Positions 56,159 through 64,000 of a DNA stretch of 64,000 bases are shown here, one piece after another (the first letter of the stretch is position 1; every line of letters begins with the position of its first letter). The DNA comes from Betaproteobacteria bacterium. Lineage in GTDB: Bacteria; Pseudomonadota; Gammaproteobacteria; Burkholderiales; SG8-41. Below the pieces are notes generated by a model. It saw only the letters and a list, made by a program, of their open reading frames with translations, made no database searches and had not been told where the DNA came from. The translations under genes were made by a program, and so were the position numbers. Location: NCBI GenBank assembly GCA_947476215.1, contig CANJQI010000004.1:490-64489 (forward strand), in the 5' to 3' direction.

Positions 56159-57103
56159 ATGGATGAGCGAACGAACGAGATTACTGTTTCCGCCCAACAC
56201 CTGCTGCGCAAATTCGGCGCCCATACGGCGGTTAACGACGTCAGCCTCACCCTGAAACGCGGCGAGATACTTGGGTTTCTGGGGCCCAATGGCGCCGGCA
56301 AAACCACCACTATGCAAATGCTGACCGGCAATCTCGCACCAACGAACGGTGCCGTCAGCATATGCGGCATCGATCTATTCGAGCATCCGACCGCCGCCAA
56401 AGCCCGTCTCGGCTACCTGCCGGAACATCCGCCGCTGTATCGCGAACTCAGCGTCCAAGAGTATGTCCAGCTTGCAGCTAAACTGCATCGCGTTGCCAAG
56501 AACTCGATCGATTCCGCAGTGCAAAATGCGCTTGCCCGCTGCGGCCTCACCGACGTGGGCAAGAAATTGATCGGTTCACTATCCAAAGGCTATCAGCAGC
56601 GCGTCGGCATTGCACAGGCCATCGTGCATCAGCCCGATGTGGTGATACTTGATGAGCCGACGGTGGGCCTAGACCCCAACCAGATCCGGGAAATACGCAA
56701 GCTGATACGTGAACTTGGCGACAACCACAGCGTCATACTGTCCACGCACATACTGCCGGAAGTCGAAAGCGTGTGCGACCGCGTGCAGATACTGCATCAC
56801 GGCACGACCGTATACAACGACACCATCGCGGGACTGAAGCAGTTTCACGGCGGCGGCATGGTAGTGCTCGGACTGAAACGCCCGCCCGACATCAGCGCAA
56901 TCGCGGCCCTGCCCGGGATAGGACGCGTCGAAGCGATGGGCGATACACAGTTTCGCGTCAGCTTTAATGGCAAGTCAGACGCCAGCGAAGACCTGGCGCG
57001 ACACGCCGTGGAAAAATCATGGGGCCTATACCAGCTCGCGCCGGCTCAATCGAGTCTTGAAGACGTGTTTGTGAATCTTACTCAGAAGGAAGAAATAAAT
57101 TGA
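56159..57103 (+). CDS. ABC transporter ATP-binding protein (ABC-2/GldA-like)
   Basis: Start at the ATG at 56159. Walker A GPNGAGKTT, signature LSKGYQQR and Walker B VVILDEP are present. Confidence 0.88.
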   Translation: MDERTNEITVSAQHLLRKFGAHTAVNDVSLTLKRGEILGFLGPNGAGKTTTMQMLTGNLAPTNGAVSICGIDLFEHPTAAKARLGYLPEHPPLYRELSVQEYVQLAAKLHRVAKNSIDSAVQNALARCGLTDVGKKLIGSLSKGYQQRVGIAQAIVHQPDVVILDEPTVGLDPNQIREIRKLIRELGDNHSVILSTHILPEVESVCDRVQILHHGTTVYNDTIAGLKQFHGGGMVVLGLKRPPDISAIAALPGIGRVEAMGDTQFRVSFNGKSDASEDLARHAVEKSWGLYQLAPAQSSLEDVFVNLTQKEEIN

Positions 57104-57241
57104 ACCGCCAAGACGCCAAGGCCGCCAAGAACTGCAAGAAAGGATCGAGAAATGGGTTGAATAAAAAAATAACTCACGCATTCACCATTCACTGCTTCCA
57201 TCCTGTCGCTCTCTCGCCTTTCCTTGGCGGCCTTGGCGGTT
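57104..57241. repeat. MITE-like element with CCGCCAAG-octamer arms (copy B), inserted between the ABC ATPase and permease genes
   Basis: The left arm begins immediately after the TGA stop and is identical over 26 nt to the reverse complement of copy A's right arm. The right arm has 2 units. The interior is only partly alignable with copy A (GCAAG..ATC.AGAAA). Confidence 0.7.
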
Positions 57242-57246
57242 AAAAA

Positions 57247-58017
57247 ATGATTTTCACCATCGCAGCAAAAGAGCTGAAGTCACTGTTTTTCTCACCGCTG
57301 GCGTGGGTGGTACTCACGTGCACGCAACTGATCCTGGCGTTTTTTTTCCTCAAACGGATCGATGATTTCATGCAGATTCAGGCACAACTGATACAGATGT
57401 CCAGTCCACCCGGCATTACGGAACTGGTGGCGGCGCCGCTGTTTGCGACCACGGCGGTCCTGCTGCTGTTTGCAGTGCCACTATTGGCCATGCGGCTGAT
57501 CGCCGAGGAGCGGCGCAACCAGACCATGGTAATGCTGCTGTCTGCTCCGCTGTCGATGACCGAAATCGTGCTCGGCAAGTTCGTGGGATTGGTGCTTTTC
57601 CTGTGGATGATCGTCCTGCTCACGGCGTTGATGCCGTTTACCTTGCTGCTGGGCGGGCAACTGGATTTCGGTTTGCTGGCTAGCCTTACGATGGGCGTCG
57701 CGTTGCTGGCGGCGTGTTTTGCGGCAGTCGGCATTTATGCTTCCTGCGTAACCGCGCAACCGCTGGTGGCTGCGATGATCGCATTCGGCGCATTGCTCGG
57801 CATGTTGCTCGCCGGCGACGCTGCGTCTGACGGATTGCGCAGCGGCGGTTGGGCCGTGCCGGCCGCGCTGGCGCAGGTGTTCGCGCCGCTCAAGAACTTT
57901 GAATCTTTCGCCAAGGGTAGCTTGGACAGCGCCAGCATCGCTTGCATGCTGTTGCTGATCGTGGTCTTTCTCGTATTGACCATACGCCGCCTTGACGCCG
58001 TACGTCTGAGGGGGTGA
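57247..58017 (+). CDS. ABC-2 type transporter permease (GldF-like)
   Basis: 256 aa with 6 predicted hydrophobic segments. Confidence 0.8.
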   Translation: MIFTIAAKELKSLFFSPLAWVVLTCTQLILAFFFLKRIDDFMQIQAQLIQMSSPPGITELVAAPLFATTAVLLLFAVPLLAMRLIAEERRNQTMVMLLSAPLSMTEIVLGKFVGLVLFLWMIVLLTALMPFTLLLGGQLDFGLLASLTMGVALLAACFAAVGIYASCVTAQPLVAAMIAFGALLGMLLAGDAASDGLRSGGWAVPAALAQVFAPLKNFESFAKGSLDSASIACMLLLIVVFLVLTIRRLDAVRLRG

Positions 58018-58021
58018 AACG

Positions 58022-59383
58022 ATGCAGATGAGCTCGAAATTGCGGTGGAACCTGCTGGTGCAAAACGGCGTTTTTGTCGTACTCTTGGCTGCAATGGCGG
58101 CATTGCTCGCTTACTTCGCGCAACAGTATCGCGTCGAACGCGACATTACTCAAAATGCACGTAACACCGTGTCACAGCAAGCGCGCGAAGTACTGGGCAA
58201 ACTTTCAGGGCCGGTCAAGGTGACAGCCTATGCGATGCGCCAGGAAGTGCGCGGCGACATGCGCAAGCAGATACAAGGCTTTCTGACCCGTTATCAGCAG
58301 GTCAAACCCGATATCACGCTGAATTTCGTGGATCCCCGCGAAGAACCCAAACTGGCGCAAGCGGCCGGCATACGCCTCTCCGGCGAGTCAGTCATTGAAT
58401 ACAATGGAAAAAATGAACACATAACGGAATACAACGAACAGTCGTTCATCAACGCGCTGATGCGTCTGATGCGCTCGACCGAACGCCTGGTCATGGCGCT
58501 GGACGGGCACGGTGAACGCCGGCTTAACGGCATCGCCAATCACGATCTCGGCGAATTCGGCAAGCAGTTGGGGGCTAAAGGGTTCAAGACCAACAGCCTG
58601 AATCTGGGCATTGCGCAAGAAGTGCCCGCCAATGCCAGCTTGTTGCTGATCGCCAATCCACAAGTGGACTTGCAGCCCGCGGAAGCGCAGAAAATCCGGC
58701 TTTACCTGCAAAAAGGCGGCAACCTGATGTGGCTGATCGATCCCGATCCCCTGCGTGGTCTGCAACCGGTGGCCGAACTATTGGGGCTGGTTTTGGGGCC
58801 CGGCACTGTCGTGGATCCCGAAGCGGTGCGCTTTAACGCGTCGCCTACCATGGCGATCGCGACCAACTACGGCCGGCACGCGATTACCGACAACTTCCGT
58901 CTCAACACCGCGTTCCCGATGGCACGACAGATTGGTATTAACGACAACGATGGAAACGTAAAAGAATGGCGCGTGACGCGGCTGATCGAAGTCGCCCCAC
59001 GCGGCTGGGTCGAAACCGGCAAGCTCGACGGTAAAATATCCTTCGACAAGACGCGCGACGTGCAGGGGCCGGTCAACATCGCGCTCGCGCTGGAACGCAA
59101 CGTAAACGAACGCGTGCAGCGTGTCGTCATCGTCGGCAATGGCGCTTTCCTTGCCAACGCGTTTCTGGGGAACGCAGGCAACCTGGATCTTGGCATAAAC
59201 ATGGTCAATTGGCTCGCCGGCGACGACTCACTGATCACGCTGCAGCCGCGACCCACCGTCGACAGCAGCCTGGACATCGGACGTGGCGCGCAATATCTGA
59301 TGGTATTCGGACTGTTTATCTTCCTGCCACTGACGTTTGCTGCCATGGGCGTCATCGTCTGGTGGCGCCGCCGCCGGGCATGA
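58022..59383 (+). CDS. GldG-family ABC-transporter auxiliary protein
   Basis: 453 aa with N- and C-terminal TM anchors and a large soluble domain typical of GldG-like proteins. Confidence 0.78.
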   Translation: MQMSSKLRWNLLVQNGVFVVLLAAMAALLAYFAQQYRVERDITQNARNTVSQQAREVLGKLSGPVKVTAYAMRQEVRGDMRKQIQGFLTRYQQVKPDITLNFVDPREEPKLAQAAGIRLSGESVIEYNGKNEHITEYNEQSFINALMRLMRSTERLVMALDGHGERRLNGIANHDLGEFGKQLGAKGFKTNSLNLGIAQEVPANASLLLIANPQVDLQPAEAQKIRLYLQKGGNLMWLIDPDPLRGLQPVAELLGLVLGPGTVVDPEAVRFNASPTMAIATNYGRHAITDNFRLNTAFPMARQIGINDNDGNVKEWRVTRLIEVAPRGWVETGKLDGKISFDKTRDVQGPVNIALALERNVNERVQRVVIVGNGAFLANAFLGNAGNLDLGINMVNWLAGDDSLITLQPRPTVDSSLDIGRGAQYLMVFGLFIFLPLTFAAMGVIVWWRRRRA

Positions 59384-60231
59384 AGCACCGGCTGTGGACC
59401 AACGTCGCGCTGCTGGCGGCGGTCGCCCTCCTTGCTCTGTTTGCCTGGCTCAAACCGCAGGATGGCGCACCGGAACACAAGCTATCGCTGCTGAAAACGA
59501 GCGAAGCGGACAGCGTGCAACTCCAGGTGGCTGGCACCGAGCCGGTGGTAATGCAACGCAACGGCACGGAATGGCGCATCGCCACCCCCGTAAACCTGCG
59601 CGCCGACAATTTCCAGATGCAACGCCTGCTCGGCATACTCGACGCGACGTCCAGGGATCGTTTACCGCCTGCCGGATTGGCGCGTTACGGTCTGAACGAG
59701 CCGCATACGCGCCTCACCATCAACAAACAGAGCTTCAGCTTCGGCGCCATCAACGAGATGAGCCGCGAACAATACGTGTTAACGCAGGATGGCGTATTTC
59801 TGATACCGATACGTTATGGCGCTGCGCTACCCAAGAACGTCTTGCAACTTGTCAGCAAACAGTTATTCGCCGCCGATGAAGCGCCGGTTGCTTTCGAGTT
59901 CGGTGCCTTCAAACTCGTGCAGCGGGATGGCAAATGGCAAATCACGCCCCCATCCGAGGCAGGCGCAGACGACATCAACCGTTGGGTAGACGAATGGCGG
60001 CTCGCCGCTGCGCTGGATGTTTTGCCTGCCAGCCAGCGCAAGTCCTTGCAGGCAATCAAGGTCACGCTGAAAAGCGGCAGTGACGTCACGCTTTCGGTCA
60101 TGGAACAGGATCCGTCCCTCGTACTCGCACGCAGCGACCAACCGATCGAATACCGCTTCGCCGGCGCCATGGTAAAGCGACTGCTGGCCGCACCGGCCGC
60201 GGCGTCCCCATGGCCTGCACCGGCAAAGTAG
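59380..60231 (+). CDS. DUF4340-like membrane-anchored protein
   Basis: The ATG at 59380 overlaps the gldG-like stop (ATGA). It starts MKHRLWTNVALLAAVALLALFAWL. Its position after GldG matches the usual four-gene arrangement. Confidence 0.65.
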   Translation: MKHRLWTNVALLAAVALLALFAWLKPQDGAPEHKLSLLKTSEADSVQLQVAGTEPVVMQRNGTEWRIATPVNLRADNFQMQRLLGILDATSRDRLPPAGLARYGLNEPHTRLTINKQSFSFGAINEMSREQYVLTQDGVFLIPIRYGAALPKNVLQLVSKQLFAADEAPVAFEFGAFKLVQRDGKWQITPPSEAGADDINRWVDEWRLAAALDVLPASQRKSLQAIKVTLKSGSDVTLSVMEQDPSLVLARSDQPIEYRFAGAMVKRLLAAPAAASPWPAPAK

Positions 60232-60234
60232 TAA

Positions 60235-61050
60235 ATGCCCGAATTACCGGAAGTTGAAACTACGCGGCGCGGGCTACAACCTCATCTTGAGGGCCGGCGC
60301 ATAAAGACCGTCGTGGTGCGGAATTTCGCGCTACGCCGACCGGTCCCGCCCAACCTGCCACGCGTGCTTGCCGGTGCGACCGTGCGCACCGTTGGCCGCC
60401 GCGGCAAATATCTGCTGCTCGACTGCGGTGACGGCACCTTGATTATCCATTTGGGCATGTCGGGACGGCTGTGGCTGGTGGACGACGCCACGCAACCCCA
60501 AGTGCATGATCATTTTGATCTGGTCATGGCAAACGGAGCGATCGTGCGGCTGCGCGATCCGCGCCGCTTCGGCTTGGTACTATGGCAAAAAGGCGACGCG
60601 CTGTCGCACCCATTGCTCGTCCGCATGGGCCCCGAACCTTTGGACACTGAATTCAGTGCCGGTTGGATGTATCGCGAAACGCGCACTCGCAGCATTGCGG
60701 TCAAGCTTGCGTTAATGGACAGCCATCTCGTTGCCGGCATTGGTAACATTTACGCCAACGAAGCCTTGTTTCGTGCCGGCATCAATCCCAAAACTCCCGC
60801 GCGCCGCATCTCGCTGGAACGCTATCAAATGCTGGCGGAGAAAATTCGCATTACGCTCACGCTAGCCATAGAAGCAGGTGGATCCAGTCTGCGCGACTAC
60901 GTGGGCAGCGACGGCATGGCCGGCAATTTTCAAAACGAGTTTCTGGTCTATGGCAGGTCGGGAGAGCCGTGCTTCAACTGCGGTACGCCGGTGCGGGCTA
61001 TCGTGCAGGGACAGCGGTCTACGTTTTATTGTGTGCGGTGTCAGCGATAA
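60235..61050 (+). CDS. mutM: formamidopyrimidine-DNA glycosylase
   Basis: 271 aa with N-terminal MPELPEVE and a C-terminal zinc finger (CFNCGTPV...YCVRCQ). Confidence 0.93.
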   Translation: MPELPEVETTRRGLQPHLEGRRIKTVVVRNFALRRPVPPNLPRVLAGATVRTVGRRGKYLLLDCGDGTLIIHLGMSGRLWLVDDATQPQVHDHFDLVMANGAIVRLRDPRRFGLVLWQKGDALSHPLLVRMGPEPLDTEFSAGWMYRETRTRSIAVKLALMDSHLVAGIGNIYANEALFRAGINPKTPARRISLERYQMLAEKIRITLTLAIEAGGSSLRDYVGSDGMAGNFQNEFLVYGRSGEPCFNCGTPVRAIVQGQRSTFYCVRCQR

Positions 61051-61053
61051 CTG

Positions 61054-61116
61054 AGTGATTAGTGATTAGTAAATCAACGAAAACCAACCGCTTACTGCTT
61101 ACTGCTTACTGCTTAC
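61054..61116. repeat. paired tandem-heptamer arrays (AGTGATT x2 ... CTTACTG x~4) around ATCAACG..AACCAACC
   Basis: Lies between the convergent mutM and ferredoxin genes. The arms can pair only partly, with many G.U pairs. Confidence 0.75.
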
Positions 61117-61121
61117 CAGTG

Positions 61122-61436
<315 letters not shown>

Positions 61437-61524
61437 TCAGGCATGAACCGACGTGCGGCGCCACGAATTTGTTCAAACTGTTGATAACGGGGAAACAGCG
61501 GTCGCGGCATGTGACAATGAAAGA

Positions 61525-61596
61525 CCTGACCCTACATGCCCCTGACCCTACATGCCCCTACATGCCCCTACATGCCCCTACATGCCCCTGCATGCT
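61525..61596. repeat. tandem 10-mer array CCTACATGCC (5 perfect copies, CCTGAC interspersed)
   Basis: Layout is [CCTGAC][CCTACATGCC][CCTGAC][CCTACATGCC]x4[CCTGCATGCT], upstream of the ferredoxin gene. Confidence 0.85.
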
Positions 61597-61669
61597 ACTT
61601 TGTCAGCTGCTGTCATGACACTCTATTCCTTTAGAGTATCTGAGTTAAACGGGACTTCCCATTCATGCT

Positions 61670-63106
61670 TTATCCGGAATCACTGGCGGACGATTTGCCG
61701 GCGCCGTGGAGCAGCGCATGGAGCGGTTTGAGATCCTGCGTCTGATCTATCGACAGGATCGCATCGCGGATCTGCTCCGCGCGGGACTTCGGGATGACGA
61801 GTCCGGTGTTCTCCATGAATTTCCCGATGATGTCACGCGCCGGCAGCGGCCGGTCCGCGCAACCACGGTTAATCTGCTCGCGGTGCGACAGCACGCGGCC
61901 GTCTTTCAGGGTAATGATCACCTCACCCGAGAAATGCACCGGGTGGCCCGAATGAGGATCAGACTCGTACTCAACTTTGTCCGCCAGTGCAAGTATCGCG
62001 GGGTTGGTGTACATATCTTCTTCCAGTTCCCGAAAACCGAACCGGCCGCGCATGAGGCTGCATGCCACCGCATACTGCACGCTGAACTGCGCGGCATAGC
62101 TGTTGACGGGGCGCCGCCGTTTGGCGACGGGCTCGCACACCACGAACAGCGCATCCGGCGGCACCAGTGCGCGTATCGAAGCGATGTCGTGAGCCTGGAG
62201 GTTGTGCTGTCTCGCCAGCACCACGGCGGCATCCGAACAGGCATGCACCAAATGACACGCAGGCATGGGCTTGATCGCAACCCGCATGGTTTCCCACACG
62301 CTGCCCAGGCCCGCGGTAGCCAGGGTCAGATCGCACGTCTTGGAAAGTTCCGCCATATGCGTGGCGTAGACGCCATAGACGCCCTCGTAGGTCGCCCGGG
62401 GCCCGACGTAGCCGTGTCGGGCGAGGCCCGCCGCGGTAATGCCAGCCGCGGCGCCACCACCGGGATGCAGCCGCTTGGTCCACGCGCCTTCCTGGTTATA
62501 TTGACGACTGCAGCTGGGCATCGTGCTAAGTGCGATACCCTGCGCCATCACCAGCTGCTCCGCAGTCAATCCCATCATGCGGCCGGCTGCGAGCGACGAC
62601 GAAAACGCCGACAACGTGCCGGACATATGGAAACCGGCTTCGAGAAATCGGCCATGCGAGGCTTTACCCAGTCGCGCCGCTACTTCGATGCCGAGGATGT
62701 AGCCCAGCAGCAGGTCGCTGCCGCTGCCCGCGGTCTGCTGCGCCATGCCGTATGCGCACGGAAAGCAACTGGAACTTACGTGCATTACGCCTTCGAGGTG
62801 AGTGTCATCGTAATCCAGCCCGTGTATCAGCACGCCGTTCATGGCCGCGGAGTCACGCACCGTGAGCCGTTCGTTCATTCCCACCACGATGGCGTTGCCC
62901 TTGTCCAGCGACGCATATCCGTCCAGCGCCCGCCGCGCGTACTCAAACTTGGTGGACGCGAATGCAATGCCCACGGCATCGAGCATCAGGTATCGCGCCC
63001 GCTCGCGGACATCCGCGGGGATGTCGGTGCAGTGAACGCCCGCGACAAACTGGGCGAGCTGTTCGGAAATCAGCGGTAGGTTCGTCGGTCGTTCAATCTT
63101 GGCCAT
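61670..63106 (-). CDS. MmgE/PrpD family protein
   Basis: 478 aa (MLDAVGIAFAS, LDYDDTHLEGVMHVSS). Confidence 0.88.
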   Translation of the reverse strand: MAKIERPTNLPLISEQLAQFVAGVHCTDIPADVRERARYLMLDAVGIAFASTKFEYARRALDGYASLDKGNAIVVGMNERLTVRDSAAMNGVLIHGLDYDDTHLEGVMHVSSSCFPCAYGMAQQTAGSGSDLLLGYILGIEVAARLGKASHGRFLEAGFHMSGTLSAFSSSLAAGRMMGLTAEQLVMAQGIALSTMPSCSRQYNQEGAWTKRLHPGGGAAAGITAAGLARHGYVGPRATYEGVYGVYATHMAELSKTCDLTLATAGLGSVWETMRVAIKPMPACHLVHACSDAAVVLARQHNLQAHDIASIRALVPPDALFVVCEPVAKRRRPVNSYAAQFSVQYAVACSLMRGRFGFRELEEDMYTNPAILALADKVEYESDPHSGHPVHFSGEVIITLKDGRVLSHREQINRGCADRPLPARDIIGKFMENTGLVIPKSRAEQIRDAILSIDQTQDLKPLHALLHGAGKSSASDSG

Positions 63107-63120
63107 GGCACTCAGTTTAT

Positions 63121-64000
63121 TCAGTCGATTTTCATGGAAGTCGCTTTCGCGAGCTTGCGCGTTTTCTCGATTTCCGCGCGCACGAAAGCGGCAAGTTGCT
63201 CAGGGGTGCTGGGTGCCGGATCGTGCGCCTCGCGCGTCAGCCGCTCGATGACGTCCGGCGAGGTGAGGGCCTGCGATACCGCGCCATTCAGCGCTTTGAT
63301 GATACGGGCGGGTGTGCCGCCCCGCGCAAAGAATCCGTACCAGGTCAGCACCTCAAAATCCTTGAGACCGCTCTCCGCGATCGTCGGCAAGTCCGGCAGG
63401 ACAGGCGAGCGCTTGATGCTGGTTACGGCAAGCGCGTGCAGTTTGCCCGCCTTGACGTGGGGCAGGATGGTAATCACGCCGGCAAACGCCAGTTGCACCT
63501 TGCCGCTCAGTATATCCACAATCGCCGCGCTGCCTCCCTTGTACGGGATGTGGGTGTACTCAATGCCCGCCCGGGTCTTGAAGAGTTCGCCGGCGATGTG
63601 TTGTGGCGACCCATTCCCGGAGGTGCCATAACTGAGGAAGTCAGGTTTGGACTTCGCGAATGCAATCAGCTCCTGAATCGATCTGGCCGGCACGCTGGGA
63701 TGCAGCGCCACCAGCAGGGGCGCGGTTGCCACCAGTGACACGGACGCGAAATCACGCAGCGTGTCGAACGGCAGGTTGGCGTTCAGTACCGGGTTGGTTG
63801 AAAACGGATTCGCGATGAACAGCAGTGTGTAACCATCAGGCGCGCTTTTGGCCACCATCTCGGAGCCGATGACGCCGCCCGCGCCGGGCCGGTTGTCTAC
63901 CACCACCTGCTGGTGAAATGCTTCGCCGATTTTGAATGCCATGATGCGGGCGATCGTATCCATGCCTCCGCCCGGCGCAATCGGGACGACAACGCGGATC
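63121..64000 (-). CDS. Bug family (TctC-like) substrate-binding protein, N-terminus outside window
   Basis: The frame stays open to the window edge (..IRVVVPIAPGGGMDTIARIMAFKIGE..). The C-terminus is typical of Bug proteins. Confidence 0.85.
   Translation of the reverse strand, partial: IRVVVPIAPGGGMDTIARIMAFKIGEAFHQQVVVDNRPGAGGVIGSEMVAKSAPDGYTLLFIANPFSTNPVLNANLPFDTLRDFASVSLVATAPLLVALHPSVPARSIQELIAFAKSKPDFLSYGTSGNGSPQHIAGELFKTRAGIEYTHIPYKGGSAAIVDILSGKVQLAFAGVITILPHVKAGKLHALAVTSIKRSPVLPDLPTIAESGLKDFEVLTWYGFFARGGTPARIIKALNGAVSQALTSPDVIERLTREAHDPAPSTPEQLAAFVRAEIEKTRKLAKATSMKID

Noticed and set aside
61525-61596. Considered whether the 10-mer array, or any other repeat cluster, is a CRISPR array.
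   Set aside because: The units are 7-12 bp and directly adjacent, without unique spacers of 25-40 bp. No cas genes are in the window.

Overview
High-GC proteobacterial chromosome segment. The gene order (yicC-gmk ... rpoZ-spoT, and ychF-pth-rplY-prs-tRNA-Gln-ispE-lolB-TPR / mutM) plus many Bug/TctC-type receptors suggests a Burkholderiales-like betaproteobacterium; this is inference only. Product calls come from reading the translations for family motifs, since no database search was possible. I support about 65 protein-coding features, 1 tRNA, 5 pseudogenes and several repeat or regulatory elements.

Main points:
1. Two genes carry an in-frame UGA exactly at a selenocysteine redox motif, each followed by a hairpin at SECIS distance. 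One has a U-G-S-C motif and its reading frame runs on into a ~400-aa domain of unknown function (22558..24288; the ORF track splits it in two). The other is a 72-aa SelW/Rdx-like CxxU protein (42848..43066) that the ORF track misses entirely.
2. Six MmgE/PrpD-family paralogues and five Bug receptors form two accessory clusters flanking spoT. One cluster is a ~9.2-kb block, including a cupin-rubredoxin fusion, an OCD-family enzyme and a CapA-like protein, that separates gmk from rpoZ-spoT.
3. A gene-decay zone at 10.3..19.1 kb contains five pseudogenes: NDH-2, an OxyR-like LysR, a CMD/AhpD-like gene, a VOC gene with an early amber codon, and a TMEM175/DUF1211 gene.
4. Intergenic hairpin elements recur whose arms are tandem 7-10-mers. 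Two near-identical-armed copies are built on CCGCCAAG units, and one of them splits an ABC-transporter operon.
5. Four toxin-antitoxin modules or related regulators are present (mazEF, tacAT-like, Gp49/HigB-XRE, and a COG4190-like regulator).

Most long antisense ORFs in the track are high-GC artefacts.
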